A stretch of DNA of 64,000 nt from an uncultured bacterium (lineage in GTDB: Bacteria > Babelota > Babeliae > Babelales > Babelaceae): assembly GCA_963824495.1 (NCBI GenBank), contig CAWGPQ010000008.1:56642-120641 (forward strand), read 5' to 3'. This document shows positions 10,233 to 20,300 of the stretch, piece by piece; positions within the stretch are counted from its first letter, which is position 1; every line of letters starts with the position of its first letter. Position numbers and translations under genes: made by a program. The notes under the pieces are model-generated. The model was not told where the DNA came from. It did no database searches and worked only from the letters and a program-made list of their open reading frames with translations.

Positions 10233-11235
10233 ACCACCTAATGGCGTGGCGAAAGCTTCAGCGCTACTAGTGCCTGCCACTCTTGCACTTGAAAGCTTGC
10301 TAGAAAACTTATACATGGGATATAAAAGGGGAGATATAAAAAGCGAACTCGTGCTTGGCTCATTGGCGCTGGCTGTTTTAGAAAAGATTATCCTTGACTA
10401 CGGTCTGCCAGCCTTCAAGAGACCACAGGAGAAAGAAGCAGACCTCTTTGCTTGTGATCAATTGATCAAGATTCGCCGAGAAGATCTGGTTGTTCGCCAG
10501 ATAGCATCGGACCTTCTGAGCAACAACCGGTCACATGTTGAATTACAAGGGCCGTGGGCGGAAGCTTTGGCAGCAAAGACACACCCAACCCCTCCTGAAG
10601 AGGCTCGCTATCTTATACAGTGTCTTAAAGAAAAAGGCTTTAAAGGAGCACTTACTCCCAAGTATAAGCACGTACTTACAAGATCGTTAGCCCTTGCTAA
10701 GCACAATACTATTGATGAAATCAGTAACGATATTCTTGCCAAACAACCGAGCATTGCAAAAGTATACAGTATAAGCGAGTCACTGATTATTGCAGCACAT
10801 GATGGTGACGAAGAAGCCGTTAAAGAGGCTCTTACTCAAGATGCTGATGTTAACCATGCCGATAAGAGTGGCTATACCGCACTTTTATGGGCAACCATAA
10901 TGAATCATATACCTATAGTCAAGCTGCTTCTGGAATATAAAGCTCATGTTAACCAGCCTGATAAGTTTGGCATTACCCCCCTCATGAAGGCAGCTCGTTA
11001 TGGGCACACCTCAATAGCTCAACTTCTCATAGAGCATAAAGCTGACGTTAACCAGACTGATTTTGAGAATGGACACAAAGATATAGTCAGGCTGCTTCTA
11101 GGGTATGGTGCTGACGTTAATGAAGCTAATAATGAGGGTGAAACTGCTCTTACATTAGCAACTAAATCTGGTCATTCTGATATAGTCGAGTTGCTTCAAG
11201 CAGCATTGACACTCACCAGCTTAAAAAGCAGGTGA
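10174..11235 (+). CDS. Ankyrin-repeat protein (start uncertain: 10174, 10183 or 10315)
   Basis: The C-terminal half has 4-5 ANK repeats (GYTALLWATIMNHIPIVKLLLEYKAHVN, GITPLMKAARYGHTSIAQLLIEHKADVN, ...). The ORF-track start overlaps the GH81 stop by 59 nt. Confidence 0.75.
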   Translation: MKKMAQHLIVHYLRSQQLLKPPNGVAKASALLVPATLALESLLENLYMGYKRGDIKSELVLGSLALAVLEKIILDYGLPAFKRPQEKEADLFACDQLIKIRREDLVVRQIASDLLSNNRSHVELQGPWAEALAAKTHPTPPEEARYLIQCLKEKGFKGALTPKYKHVLTRSLALAKHNTIDEISNDILAKQPSIAKVYSISESLIIAAHDGDEEAVKEALTQDADVNHADKSGYTALLWATIMNHIPIVKLLLEYKAHVNQPDKFGITPLMKAARYGHTSIAQLLIEHKADVNQTDFENGHKDIVRLLLGYGADVNEANNEGETALTLATKSGHSDIVELLQAALTLTSLKSR

Positions 11236-11446
11236 TTCTTGTTTCAGCAATATAGCCTACGAGAAAGATGCTTGGTTTTTGCATACTGTTACTCTCTTGC
11301 ATAGTACCTCGCAGGCCTCACATTGTCTTGTCTCCATAAGCTTTACTTTGGGAATGCCCTATTTTTAAATTTAAACAAGCAAAATAAAAGAGTAGATATG
11401 CAAAAGCAGGTCACGAATACTATCATACTATCGTAACCGATAACGA

Positions 11447-11858
11447 TTAGGCACCATGGGAAAACTGATTTAAAACAAGAAGCGCATCATTGAGCTTTTC
11501 TTCTTTCACCAAAATATAATTAGTATCATACGTAGATATAACAAATACCGGAATCGCCGATTCGGCCAATGGACCAAGAATTGTAGATAATATACCCGTT
11601 AAAGAAAAAGCAAGCGGGCCATTTACTTTTATAGCACGCCAGCTTTTTTCCACAGGTATAGTGTCAGGTATGGTATGAGGTATAGCATCCTGAGCACAAA
11701 CAATAGAAAGCTCGTCGTGCGTTTTGGTTATAGAGAAAAAGAGAAGGGCACAAAGCCCATGATGGCACTTCAGCAGCACTAGCAAGTCGACAGATGCCAA
11801 AAGTATCGGGTAATAACGAAAAAGTTAATTTACCACGAGATAGCCTAGGATTCATCAA
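11447..11858 (-). pseudogene. ACT-domain (ACT_7-like) small protein, split by a 1-nt frameshift
   Basis: ORFs 11664-11858 (LTFSLLPDTFGICRLASAAEVPSWALCPSLF) and 11447-11800 (FSITKTHDELSIVC...GPLAFSLTGILSTILGPLAESAIPVFVISTYDTNYILV) join into one ACT-like protein if one base is removed from the A5 run at 11736-11740. Confidence 0.65.
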
Positions 11859-11912
11859 AATTTCTCACAACAAGTTTAAAGCGGTTATTAAAGAGAGTAC
11901 TACAAATTAAGG

Positions 11913-12548
11913 CTAAACGCTAGAAAGTACCCGTTTAATTTCTGCTAATTCATGTGCTGTAATCGGACCTGGACCAAGCGCAGGTTGCCCAAGTGGTTCA
12001 GCTCTGATGGAAGAAATTAGCGTACCGCTCAGAAGTACCGATAAAACTATAACTTCAGCGAGAGTGAGCTTGGCTGCCCAAAACCGCCCTTCTTCCGATA
12101 CAAGAATTGCCCGAAGCTTCGCCCTGAGCTGCTCATCTGACTCACTTCTGTATTCGGTTTGTTCAGGTAATATAAGCTCAAGCAATCCGTTCAGTGCTCT
12201 ATTAACCAAAATCTGTGACTCAATCCATGTCTCTGGTTTTAACTGAATAGCTTCACTCGTGGGAACTATAATACCATGAAATACAAGTGGAGAAACAGTA
12301 TAATTAAGTACATAGGCAAGATATTCTGCTGCATACTGTACATAATCACCTAGCTTCTCTGGAATACCCTTTAGGCTAGTACGCACAGTATCAAGCCATT
12401 TTTGATCAAGCGATGATAAAGATGTAACGGTAGGTAGACTCGCAAGCTCTCTTAATGCATTATAAGAATAAAGTGCTTGCTTTTGATAGTATGTATGCGA
12501 AGGAACTTTTTGCAACAGCTTAAGGGCATTATCAAGGTCCTGAAGCAA
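11913..12548 (-). CDS. Hypothetical protein, YN.LREL family, C-terminal TM segment; start unclear (TTG)
   Basis: ALYSYNALRELASLPTVTSLSSLDQKWLDTV matches the repeat in 6653-7324. There is no in-frame ATG upstream. Hydrophobic LTLAEVIVLSVLLSGTLISSI lies near the C terminus. Confidence 0.5.
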   Translation of the reverse strand: MLQDLDNALKLLQKVPSHTYYQKQALYSYNALRELASLPTVTSLSSLDQKWLDTVRTSLKGIPEKLGDYVQYAAEYLAYVLNYTVSPLVFHGIIVPTSEAIQLKPETWIESQILVNRALNGLLELILPEQTEYRSESDEQLRAKLRAILVSEEGRFWAAKLTLAEVIVLSVLLSGTLISSIRAEPLGQPALGPGPITAHELAEIKRVLSSV

Positions 12549-12710
12549 GCTTGCTTGACCCTCTGCAAGAGTAGCCAGAGCATTTTGGTTAGGTTCATAG
12601 TCTTTAGGGTCATCCTATGCTATACATTAGTCAATATGCTTTATAGAAATTAGTGTAAATTTTTTATTATATATTTGTCAATATTCAATATCGGAAATTT
12701 TTCTGCTCTA

Positions 12711-13607
12711 TTAAACGATATTCTGAGCTTGCTCGCGTACCTTCTCGAGCTCAACTTTAATAGCGATAGCTAAACTGCTGATTTCTGCATCACGTGATTT
12801 AGCCATCATAGTATTAACCTCTCTAAATAGCTCCTGTAGGAAAAAATCGAGTTTCTTCCCCTTCTCTTCCCGAGAAGAGACTATTACCTGCTCAAGCTTA
12901 TGTAAGTGGTCTTTAAAACGTATAATTTCTTCGTGAATAACCATCTTATCAAGCTGATTATAAATTACCTGAAGTTGTTGTTCTTTTGCTTCAGTTTGTG
13001 TATCGTGGAGAAATGATGAAAGAGTGCCCATAAGCTGCTCTTTCTGTTCAGCTAAAAGATCCGTTGCCCGGGGCTCAATGCGTTCAATGCACATCCGCAT
13101 AACAGCTATACGCTCTTCAAGGTCACGCTGAAGTGCTTCACCTTCTTTAAGGCGAGCAGCACTAAGTTCATCAATCAATCTATCAACATGATAGAGAATA
13201 AGAGATGCCAGGTGCTCATCGGCAAGCTCTTCAGCTGTCTCGAAAACATGAGGCAGATTAAATAATGTAGCAAGAGAAAGTTTACCTGGCAGATTAAATT
13301 TTTGCCGGATAAGCTCGGAAGCTTTGATATAACTTTCGATAACGGGCAATGACGGCCGAACCTGCGCTTTTAGTACTTGAGGGTTACCGATATGAAGCGT
13401 ACAGTGAATAGAACCCCGATAAAGCTTTGCTTTACATCTCTTAATAATCTCTATTTCAAGCGAACTCAAGGCATACGGCAGTTTACAGACAGCTTCAAAA
13501 AAGCGAGAGTTGAGCGATCTTAAGCTCAGAGTGATATGGAGCTGCTCAGCTGTTTGGGTTGGAAGCGCTACCGTTATTGTACTAAAGCCAGTCATGCTCG
13601 AAAGCAT
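12711..13607 (-). CDS. yicC: YicC-family stress-induced protein
   Basis: N-terminal SMTGF motif. C-terminal GKKLDFFLQELFREVNTMMAKS...KVELEKVREQAQNIV is typical of YicC/DUF1732. Confidence 0.85.
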   Translation of the reverse strand: MLSSMTGFSTITVALPTQTAEQLHITLSLRSLNSRFFEAVCKLPYALSSLEIEIIKRCKAKLYRGSIHCTLHIGNPQVLKAQVRPSLPVIESYIKASELIRQKFNLPGKLSLATLFNLPHVFETAEELADEHLASLILYHVDRLIDELSAARLKEGEALQRDLEERIAVMRMCIERIEPRATDLLAEQKEQLMGTLSSFLHDTQTEAKEQQLQVIYNQLDKMVIHEEIIRFKDHLHKLEQVIVSSREEKGKKLDFFLQELFREVNTMMAKSRDAEISSLAIAIKVELEKVREQAQNIV

Positions 13608-13616
13608 ACAACATTC

Positions 13617-14333
13617 TCAGTCAAGGTTAGTGTAAACATTTTGTACATCCTCAAGTTCTTCGATAGATTGTAAAAAATCGAGTGCTTTTTCTTCAGGCTC
13701 ACCTGAAAGGGTAAGTGTCGTCTTTGGCACCCACTCAAGCTCAGCTTCTTTTACTTTAAAACCAAGATCAGTGACAGCTTGCTTTACGTCATCAAAAGAA
13801 CGAGGATTGCAGGTAATGGCAAACGTTTCGTCTTCTGCTGTAATGTCGTTAATTTCATAATCAAGAAGATACTCAAGAAGTTTATCTTCTGTTACATTAT
13901 CTTTTGCAATAGAGATAACACCAGCTCTTTCAAACATCCAGCTAACAGCTCCTGCTTCTGCGACATGCCCACCTTTACGCGAAAACGTGTGACGTAATTC
14001 AGCAATAGCTTTATTTTTATTATCCGTTAGCACGTCGATAATAACAGCAATACCAGCTGGTCCATAGCCTTCGTACTGATACGGCTCGTACTGTACACCT
14101 GGAAGCTCACCCGTTCCCTTTTTAATAGCACGAATTGCATTATCTTGAGGCATATTAATTTCTTTTGCCTTTTCAAGCAAAAATCGTAGACGGGGATTGC
14201 CAGCAGGGTCACCTCCGCCGATACGTGCTGCTATAGAGATTTCTTTAATAATCTTAGTGAATTGCTGTGCTCGCTTAGCATCAGTTATTGCTTTTTTATA
14301 TTTAATCTGCTTCCATTTAGAATGTCCGGCCAT
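13617..14333 (-). CDS. yebC: YebC/PmpR-family transcriptional regulator
   Basis: Starts MAGHSKWKQIKYKKAITDAKRAQ. 238 aa, typical length and N terminus. Confidence 0.9.
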   Translation of the reverse strand: MAGHSKWKQIKYKKAITDAKRAQQFTKIIKEISIAARIGGGDPAGNPRLRFLLEKAKEINMPQDNAIRAIKKGTGELPGVQYEPYQYEGYGPAGIAVIIDVLTDNKNKAIAELRHTFSRKGGHVAEAGAVSWMFERAGVISIAKDNVTEDKLLEYLLDYEINDITAEDETFAITCNPRSFDDVKQAVTDLGFKVKEAELEWVPKTTLTLSGEPEEKALDFLQSIEELEDVQNVYTNLD

Positions 14334-14336
14334 TCG

Positions 14337-15368
14337 TTATCCTTCAACTACCTGTTGTTGGCATGCATACTTATTTTTTAAATAGGGTAGCGCTTTGTGA
14401 GCAATCTGTCGACCCCTAGCTGTTTTTTCAAGATATCCTTTGCGCAACAGAAAAGGCTCATAGACTTCTTCAAGCGTGGAGCTGTCTTCACCAATCAGTG
14501 AAGCAAGTGTTTCAAGCCCTACAGGCCCACCCTTAAAATTTTCGACTATAGTTTTTAAAATGAGATTATCAACACTACCCAAGCCATCGGCATCAATACC
14601 TAAAAAAGCGATAGCACGCCTGACAAGCTCCGTGTCCGCTTTATTGTTATTGTGAACTTGTGCAAAATCACGCACACGTCGTAAGATTTTTTTGGCAATG
14701 CGTGGAGTACCTCGTGAACAAGATGCTATATAAAGTGCTGATTCATGAGGTAACTCTATACCTAAAAAGCGAGCATTTTGTTGAACTATTGCTTGCAAGT
14801 CCTCGTCAGTATAAAAATCGAGCCGTTCCGTGATACCAAATCTACTGCGCAACGGAGCTGATAGCAAACCTGATCTGGTTGTTGCTCCGATAAGCGTAAA
14901 CGCTGCTATCGGCATATTAATCGATTGAGCTCCAACGCCTTGGCCAATAACAATATCAACACGAAAATGCTCCATAGCGCTATACAAAATTTCTTCAACA
15001 ACAATAGGCAGCCGGTGAATTTCATCAATAAACAACATGTCATGTGGAGTAAGACTCGAGAGAATAGCTACAAGATCACCTGTTCTTTCAAGCGTTGGGC
15101 CACTACAAATCTTAATACCAACCTGCATAACATGTGCCATAATTTGAGCAAGCGTTGTTTTACCCAACCCCGGTGGCCCTGATAATAAAAGATGATCAAG
15201 CGGTTCTCGTCGCACACGCGCAGCATCGGTATACAGCTTAAGTTTTTCTTTTAATTCCTTTTGACCTAAGTAATCATCGAAGCTTTTAGGGTGAAAGTCA
15301 CCTATATAATCTTCGTTAGTCTCTGGTAACGTTAATAATTGAATGGGCTCTTTTCTGTCATGGCTCAT
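14337..15368 (-). CDS. ruvB: Holliday junction branch-migration ATPase RuvB
   Basis: 343 aa with GPPGLGKTTLA and LFIDEIHRL, full-length RuvB pattern. Only 3 nt upstream of yebC, so probably one operon. Confidence 0.95.
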   Translation of the reverse strand: MSHDRKEPIQLLTLPETNEDYIGDFHPKSFDDYLGQKELKEKLKLYTDAARVRREPLDHLLLSGPPGLGKTTLAQIMAHVMQVGIKICSGPTLERTGDLVAILSSLTPHDMLFIDEIHRLPIVVEEILYSAMEHFRVDIVIGQGVGAQSINMPIAAFTLIGATTRSGLLSAPLRSRFGITERLDFYTDEDLQAIVQQNARFLGIELPHESALYIASCSRGTPRIAKKILRRVRDFAQVHNNNKADTELVRRAIAFLGIDADGLGSVDNLILKTIVENFKGGPVGLETLASLIGEDSSTLEEVYEPFLLRKGYLEKTARGRQIAHKALPYLKNKYACQQQVVEG

Positions 15369-15573
15369 AAGTACCCTTTTAAGACAACGGCTTGAGCACA
15401 GTGCTATAGACTCATTATAGTAGTATACACCAACTGCTTTTATTAAGCTAAGCGGAGATTTCTAACACCTATTCAAAAATATTTTAATTAATATTGCAAT
15501 TTGACAATGCGCTTTGTTATGATGTATGTAGAGATTGTACTTTAATTATGAAAAATTATGTTCGGAGAAAGAG

Positions 15574-17730
15574 ATGGCAAAACAAACATGATTTTCTCTT
15601 CTGGCTTTCATAAGCCTCATCGGCATTAGTTTGGGCCAGCAAACGGGCCTAGCACCTATAACTGAAGTATCGGTACCAATAACATCGCATGAGAATGGTG
15701 TACAGTCTACAACACTTTTAGATGATCCTCCTAAAACTCAGTTAAATACAGAAAAATTTGAAGAAGAGCCTTTTGAGGCTGTCCGTCGCGATAATCAAGC
15801 AACGGTTAGTTAACTGCTCAATCAAGGAGCTGACCCTAATGCACGCGATAATCTAGGGCGCACACCTTTAGATGTAGCTATGCTTTACTATAAAGATATT
15901 GATCCTATGGTTAAGTTACTTTTGGATAAAGGTGCAAACGTTACCGTTCAGGACAATGAAGGCGATACACCGCTGCACTATGCTCTTATGAATCGGAGAA
16001 CGCAAAGCACGTTACGCTTGTTAGAAGCAGGAGCACCCATTAATATAGCAAATAAGTCCGAGATTACTCCGTTAGACATAGGATTAGAGTATGGGGGGCA
16101 AATCGCTGATTTATTGAGATCGTACGCAAAAAAGCAGGGAATAACCATACCAGAAAAAACCGTTATTGATCAAATAGCATCAAGAGCAAAAAAACACAGA
16201 CTGTTGCTTATTTAAGCATCCCATCGCTCAAGGAGCGAGTGCAAAAAAAATTTGGGCACTATATCGTGCAGTATAAGAACCTTATTCTCAAGGTAATTGA
16301 TCAAGAGCAAGCATTAAGTGATTACGATGTAGTCTATCATGGCCAAAAGATCCAGGTCAAATTCGTCTATGATGTCCTTAAAGAAATATTCAGCTGGCTG
16401 GACAACCAAGCAAGAGCGAAAGACTTTGAGTACCTAAGAATACCGGGAGCAATTTTTGAGTTTAAGCAAGCCCTGACAGATCTGCTCATACATGATTTTG
16501 GAGATATAACGGAAATTTCACCGGAGGATAAGGAATTTTTAGATCTTGACCCGCTCATAAGCAAAATACTACTCACTACCAACATATCGCTCTTTGGCAA
16601 TAGTGGTGATTTTATTAAAGAAAGTACTTTTTATTTTTATTTTCTTCAAAATCATAGCATACACTGGCTCAAAGTTGTAGAAATCCTAGAAATTCTCAAG
16701 CACATTGGAATTAATCAAGACTTCCTCAATCGGCTAGATGACTTTTACAGAACGGAATTTAAAGAATTAGTAGCCAAGCAACCAGATGACAGTGGTAACC
16801 TTGTACAAATTTTTATACCCAAGAATATACTAAATGAGTATCTCTATCTCTGTGGAGTTCACGGTGTGCCTCTAAAGACCGCCACTATTAATGGCCACCC
16901 AACCAATGTACGTGAATTAGGCGCAGAAAAATTTATAGAAATTTACAGAAATAACCCAACTGCTCTTGATCCTGAAGAGATGGATCAAGTTCAAGCACGA
17001 TTATTCTTGACGAACACTTTTTTTCTTAATCCGGCCAGTGGTGTAAAGATCTATACGTATAATACACTTGACCCTCGGGCTGTTGCTGAATACACAACAA
17101 AGCTACGCCAGCTTATTAATCAGATAATGACCGATTGGGCAACAAAACCAACAATACTCAGTAGAGCTCTTATTGTAACAAGCCAAAAAGATTTTGAACA
17201 TAAAGTAAATATTTTAATTAAGATTGCACAAAATCTTCTTAAGCCATCATTACCGTCAGAACCATCAGATCAAGAAACAGTTAAAAAAGCACAGGAAACG
17301 TATGCAAAATTATCTGCTCTTATAGAAGTATATGGAAAGAATTATAACCAGAATACAGAACTTCTGAAGCAAGCAGAGACTACTCTTGCAAGTTTGTCAT
17401 CTAAGTTCTTGTTGCGAAGTCAGGTTTTCCCTCCATTAGAGGGTAAGAAGCTACCAGCGACCTCATCGTTTCAAACATACCTCAATCAACTCAAGCAGCT
17501 TGCCCATCAAATGCGTGATTATATAGGTCTCAATCAACATTAACTTTCCAAGCCCACGATCACCACTTAGCAAGTAAGCTTGCTACACATACGCCAAAAG
17601 CTCAGGTCAGCACGAGATATAAAGCTCTCTGTAACCAGCTCCCCGCAGCCACGGCTATACAAAGAAAGGCAAAAGAGATAGCACGGGAGAAATTTAAAAG
17701 TAAATTTAATGATGACCCTGAAGAAGCGTA
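15574..17730 (+). pseudogene. Decayed tandem paralogue of the ANK + unknown-domain gene at 17959-20268
   Basis: ATG at 15574 with GGAGAAAGAG upstream. In-frame TGA at 15589-15591 and in-frame TAA at 15811-15813. Frameshift at the A7 run 16188-16194 (KKTQTVAYLSIPSL continues in another frame and matches KKTQTVAYLSVPSL of the intact copy). The conserved tail ...NQLPAATAIQRKAKEIAREKFKSKFNDDPEEA (ends 17730) is out of frame with ORF 16239-17543. Confidence 0.8.
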
Positions 17731-17755
17731 ACCATATATATACCATGAGACAAGC

Positions 17756-17804
17756 TCAGAGTATATCAAATCTTCGTGAAGCTATGCTGTTAAACCATCC
17801 TAAG
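17756..17804 (-). other. Duplicated 49-nt fragment of the 3' end of the SEDS (rodA/ftsW) gene
   Basis: tcagagtatatcaaatcttcgtgaagctatgctgttaaaccatcctaag is near-identical to 20301-20349, the stop and last codons of the intact gene. It marks the right edge of the duplicated unit. Confidence 0.8.
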
Positions 17805-17859
17805 TCCTGTTGCCATCCCCACAACTTATTGTACAGTTACCACTAATTTTAAAAAATTA

Positions 17860-17889
17860 TTGACCAATTTAATTAAAATTAAATATACT
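17860..17889 (+). promoter_or_regulatory. Candidate sigma70-type promoter for 17959-20268
   Basis: TTGACC (17860-17865), an 18-nt spacer, then TATACT (17884-17889), about 70 nt upstream of the start codon. AT-rich context, so chance matches are likely. Confidence 0.3.
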
Positions 17890-17958
17890 TAATTTATATA
17901 ATTTTATAATTAGCGTATATTTTTTTACTAATAAAAATAATACTACTAAAGGAAAGCC

Positions 17959-20268
17959 ATGCTAAGACAAACGATTGTTTTACTTTTAGCCATAACGAGT
18001 TTGAGTGATATTCGTCATGCAATAGCTGCCGATGATCAATCAACCCCAATCCCCGATAATAGAGATAAAGCAGTACTTGCCCTTAGTCAACAGCTTGTGG
18101 GAGCAATGCGTGGACAAAATGAATGTATGGCTATTCCCTTGATTGCCAAGGGAGCTGATCCTTTAGTAAAAACTGTATTTGGTGATGCTTATAGCATAGC
18201 TTTAGAGAAACATAACACTAACTTAATAGACTTAATTGATGCAGCAATTCGACTCAAGAAAGCGCAAGGTAAAGAATTGTCTGAACTACTTGAGAAATGG
18301 GGTAATAGTGGTTACTGGTTAGCTCGATTAGCCAGAACATATGCTACAGAGCACGGGATAGCCTTACCTCTACCTAGTAAAGATACTCTTGATAAACAAT
18401 TATTCCGGGCAGTTGAGGATGGAAATGAATCTTCAGCAGCTTCTTTACTTGCTCAAGGAGCCAACCCTAACGCACGCGATAACGAGGGACAGACGCCCCT
18501 TCATATAGCCACGTTGTGTAATAAGGATGATAGTACACTCGTGAAGCTTCTTTTGGATAAAGGGGCAGTGGTCGATGCTCAGGACGCTAAAGGCAGGACT
18601 CCTTTATATTATGCTATTCATTATTGGAATAAAAAAATAGCTCAGCTTTTATTGGAAGCAGGGGCTCGCGTCGATGTGACAGATAAAGCAGGAGTAACAC
18701 CACTAGAGCTAGTACTCAAGCAAAGTCATGAATTAGGTCCCTTAAAACAAAGTTATGGATTGGCTTCCTTAGTTACACCGTATGCTCAAAAGCAAGCAGT
18801 AGCTTTACCTATCCCTATTATTGATCAAATAGCATCAAAAGAAAAGAAGACCCAGACCGTTGCATACTTAAGTGTCCCTTCGCTTAAACAGCTTGTGCAA
18901 ACCAAACTTGGAGTAAAAGTAATAGGATATAAAAATATTCTTCTAAAAGTAATTGATCAAGAGCAAAAGTTAAGTGATTACGATGTAGCCTACCATGCCC
19001 AAAAGATTGATTTTCAATTTGTTTATGATGTTCTAAAAGAACTATTTAGCTGGTTGGATAATCAAGCAAATATACGAGAATTTGAATACTTAAGAATACC
19101 CGGGGCTGCTTTTGCATTTAAACAAGCCATAGCAGATATTATTAAAAAGGATTTTGGGGATATAGCTGAACTTTCGCAAGAAGACAGGAGAGCTCTAGAC
19201 TTTAATCCGGCTATAAGCAAAATATTACTTGCTGCCAATTTGTCACTTTTTGGCAATACTGGTAAAAATTTCAAGGAATCTACCTTTTACTTCTATTTTC
19301 TTGATAATCGTAGCGTCAGAGACATCAATGTTATAGAGTTATTACAGGATATTTTTGAACGAATTGGCATGAGCTATAATGACTTAAAACAGCTCGATGA
19401 TTTCTACAAGACAGAGTTTACGAAACTATTGGCTCAGAAAATTGATAGAAGTGGCAATCTTATACAAATCTTTATTCCCAAGAATAAAGTAAATGATTAT
19501 CTGTACCTATCTGGAGTTCATGGTGTACCTCTTCAGACTATTACTATTAACGGCCAATCAACTAATGTACATGAACTTGGCGCAGAAAAATTTATAGAAA
19601 TTTATAGAAATAACCCAGCAGCTCTCGATCCTGAAGAGATGGATCAAATTCAGGCACGGTTATTCTTGACTAATACTTTTCTTCTTAATCCAGCTAGTGG
19701 TATAAAGATCTATACGTATAATACACTCGACCCCAACCTAATAGCTGAGTATAAAAGAAAGCTTCACAACCTTGTGGGCCAGCTCATGATTGATTGGGCT
19801 ACCACTAAGGGTATCATGAGCAAACAACTTGCCATCACCAATCAGCAAGAATTCCAGCAAAAAGCCAATCTGCTAGTTAATAGTGCACAAAAGCTACTTC
19901 AGCAATGGGTAACACCAGAAGATAAGCAAAAGGCACAGGAGGTATTTGATCGCCTTTCAGCACTTATCGAAGTATATGGTCAAAAATATGGTACCGCTGA
20001 ACTTATCACAAGAGCAACTGATAGCCTGCATGACGTAGCAAGTAAGTTTGCTCTGCATATGCCAACTTTTACGCCACAGGCTCGGATCAGCACGAGACTT
20101 TACGCACTAGCGCTTAAGAATGCATCACCAACTGATGTTCAAAAGCATAATCACCTTAAAGCTCTCTATAACCAGCTCCCCACAGCCACGGCTATACAAA
20201 GAAAGGCAAAAGAGATAGCGCGGGAGAAATTTAAAAGTAAATTTAATGATGACCCTGAAGAAGCATAA
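17959..20268 (+). CDS. Secreted protein: N-terminal region + 3-4 ANK repeats + ~450-aa domain of unknown function
   Basis: Signal-like MLRQTIVLLLAITSLSDIRHAIA. ANK repeats (GQTPLHIATL..., GRTPLYYAIH..., GVTPLELVL). The C-terminal half (YHAQKIDFQFVYDVL...LSLFGN...ESTFYFYFL...IQIFIPKN...GVHGVP...QARLFLTNTF) matches nothing I recognise. Confidence 0.85.
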   Translation: MLRQTIVLLLAITSLSDIRHAIAADDQSTPIPDNRDKAVLALSQQLVGAMRGQNECMAIPLIAKGADPLVKTVFGDAYSIALEKHNTNLIDLIDAAIRLKKAQGKELSELLEKWGNSGYWLARLARTYATEHGIALPLPSKDTLDKQLFRAVEDGNESSAASLLAQGANPNARDNEGQTPLHIATLCNKDDSTLVKLLLDKGAVVDAQDAKGRTPLYYAIHYWNKKIAQLLLEAGARVDVTDKAGVTPLELVLKQSHELGPLKQSYGLASLVTPYAQKQAVALPIPIIDQIASKEKKTQTVAYLSVPSLKQLVQTKLGVKVIGYKNILLKVIDQEQKLSDYDVAYHAQKIDFQFVYDVLKELFSWLDNQANIREFEYLRIPGAAFAFKQAIADIIKKDFGDIAELSQEDRRALDFNPAISKILLAANLSLFGNTGKNFKESTFYFYFLDNRSVRDINVIELLQDIFERIGMSYNDLKQLDDFYKTEFTKLLAQKIDRSGNLIQIFIPKNKVNDYLYLSGVHGVPLQTITINGQSTNVHELGAEKFIEIYRNNPAALDPEEMDQIQARLFLTNTFLLNPASGIKIYTYNTLDPNLIAEYKRKLHNLVGQLMIDWATTKGIMSKQLAITNQQEFQQKANLLVNSAQKLLQQWVTPEDKQKAQEVFDRLSALIEVYGQKYGTAELITRATDSLHDVASKFALHMPTFTPQARISTRLYALALKNASPTDVQKHNHLKALYNQLPTATAIQRKAKEIAREKFKSKFNDDPEEA

Positions 20269-20270
20269 CC

Positions 20271-20287
20271 ATATATATATATATATA
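20271..20287. repeat. (AT)n microsatellite between convergent genes
   Basis: 17-nt atatatatatatatata. The equivalent site in the duplicated copy (17734-17742) has only 9 nt. Confidence 0.9.
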
Positions 20288-20300
20288 CCATGAGACAAGC

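Noticed and set aside
10380-10470. KRPQEKEADLFACDQLIK in the N-terminal part of the ANK protein resembles the E-x-x-AD motif region of M48 (HtpX/BepA-type) metallopeptidases.
   Set aside because: No HExxH motif is present upstream in the ORF or in the neighbouring frames. A single short motif is insufficient.
15589-15591. The in-frame TGA inside a signal-peptide-like sequence (MAKQT*FSLLAFISLIG) could indicate TGA recoding (genetic code 4 or 25).
   Set aside because: Well-conserved genes of normal length end in TGA here (the SEDS gene at 20301-20303 and uvrA at 26659-26661). The same locus also has a TAA stop and a frameshift, so this is a nonsense mutation in a pseudogene.
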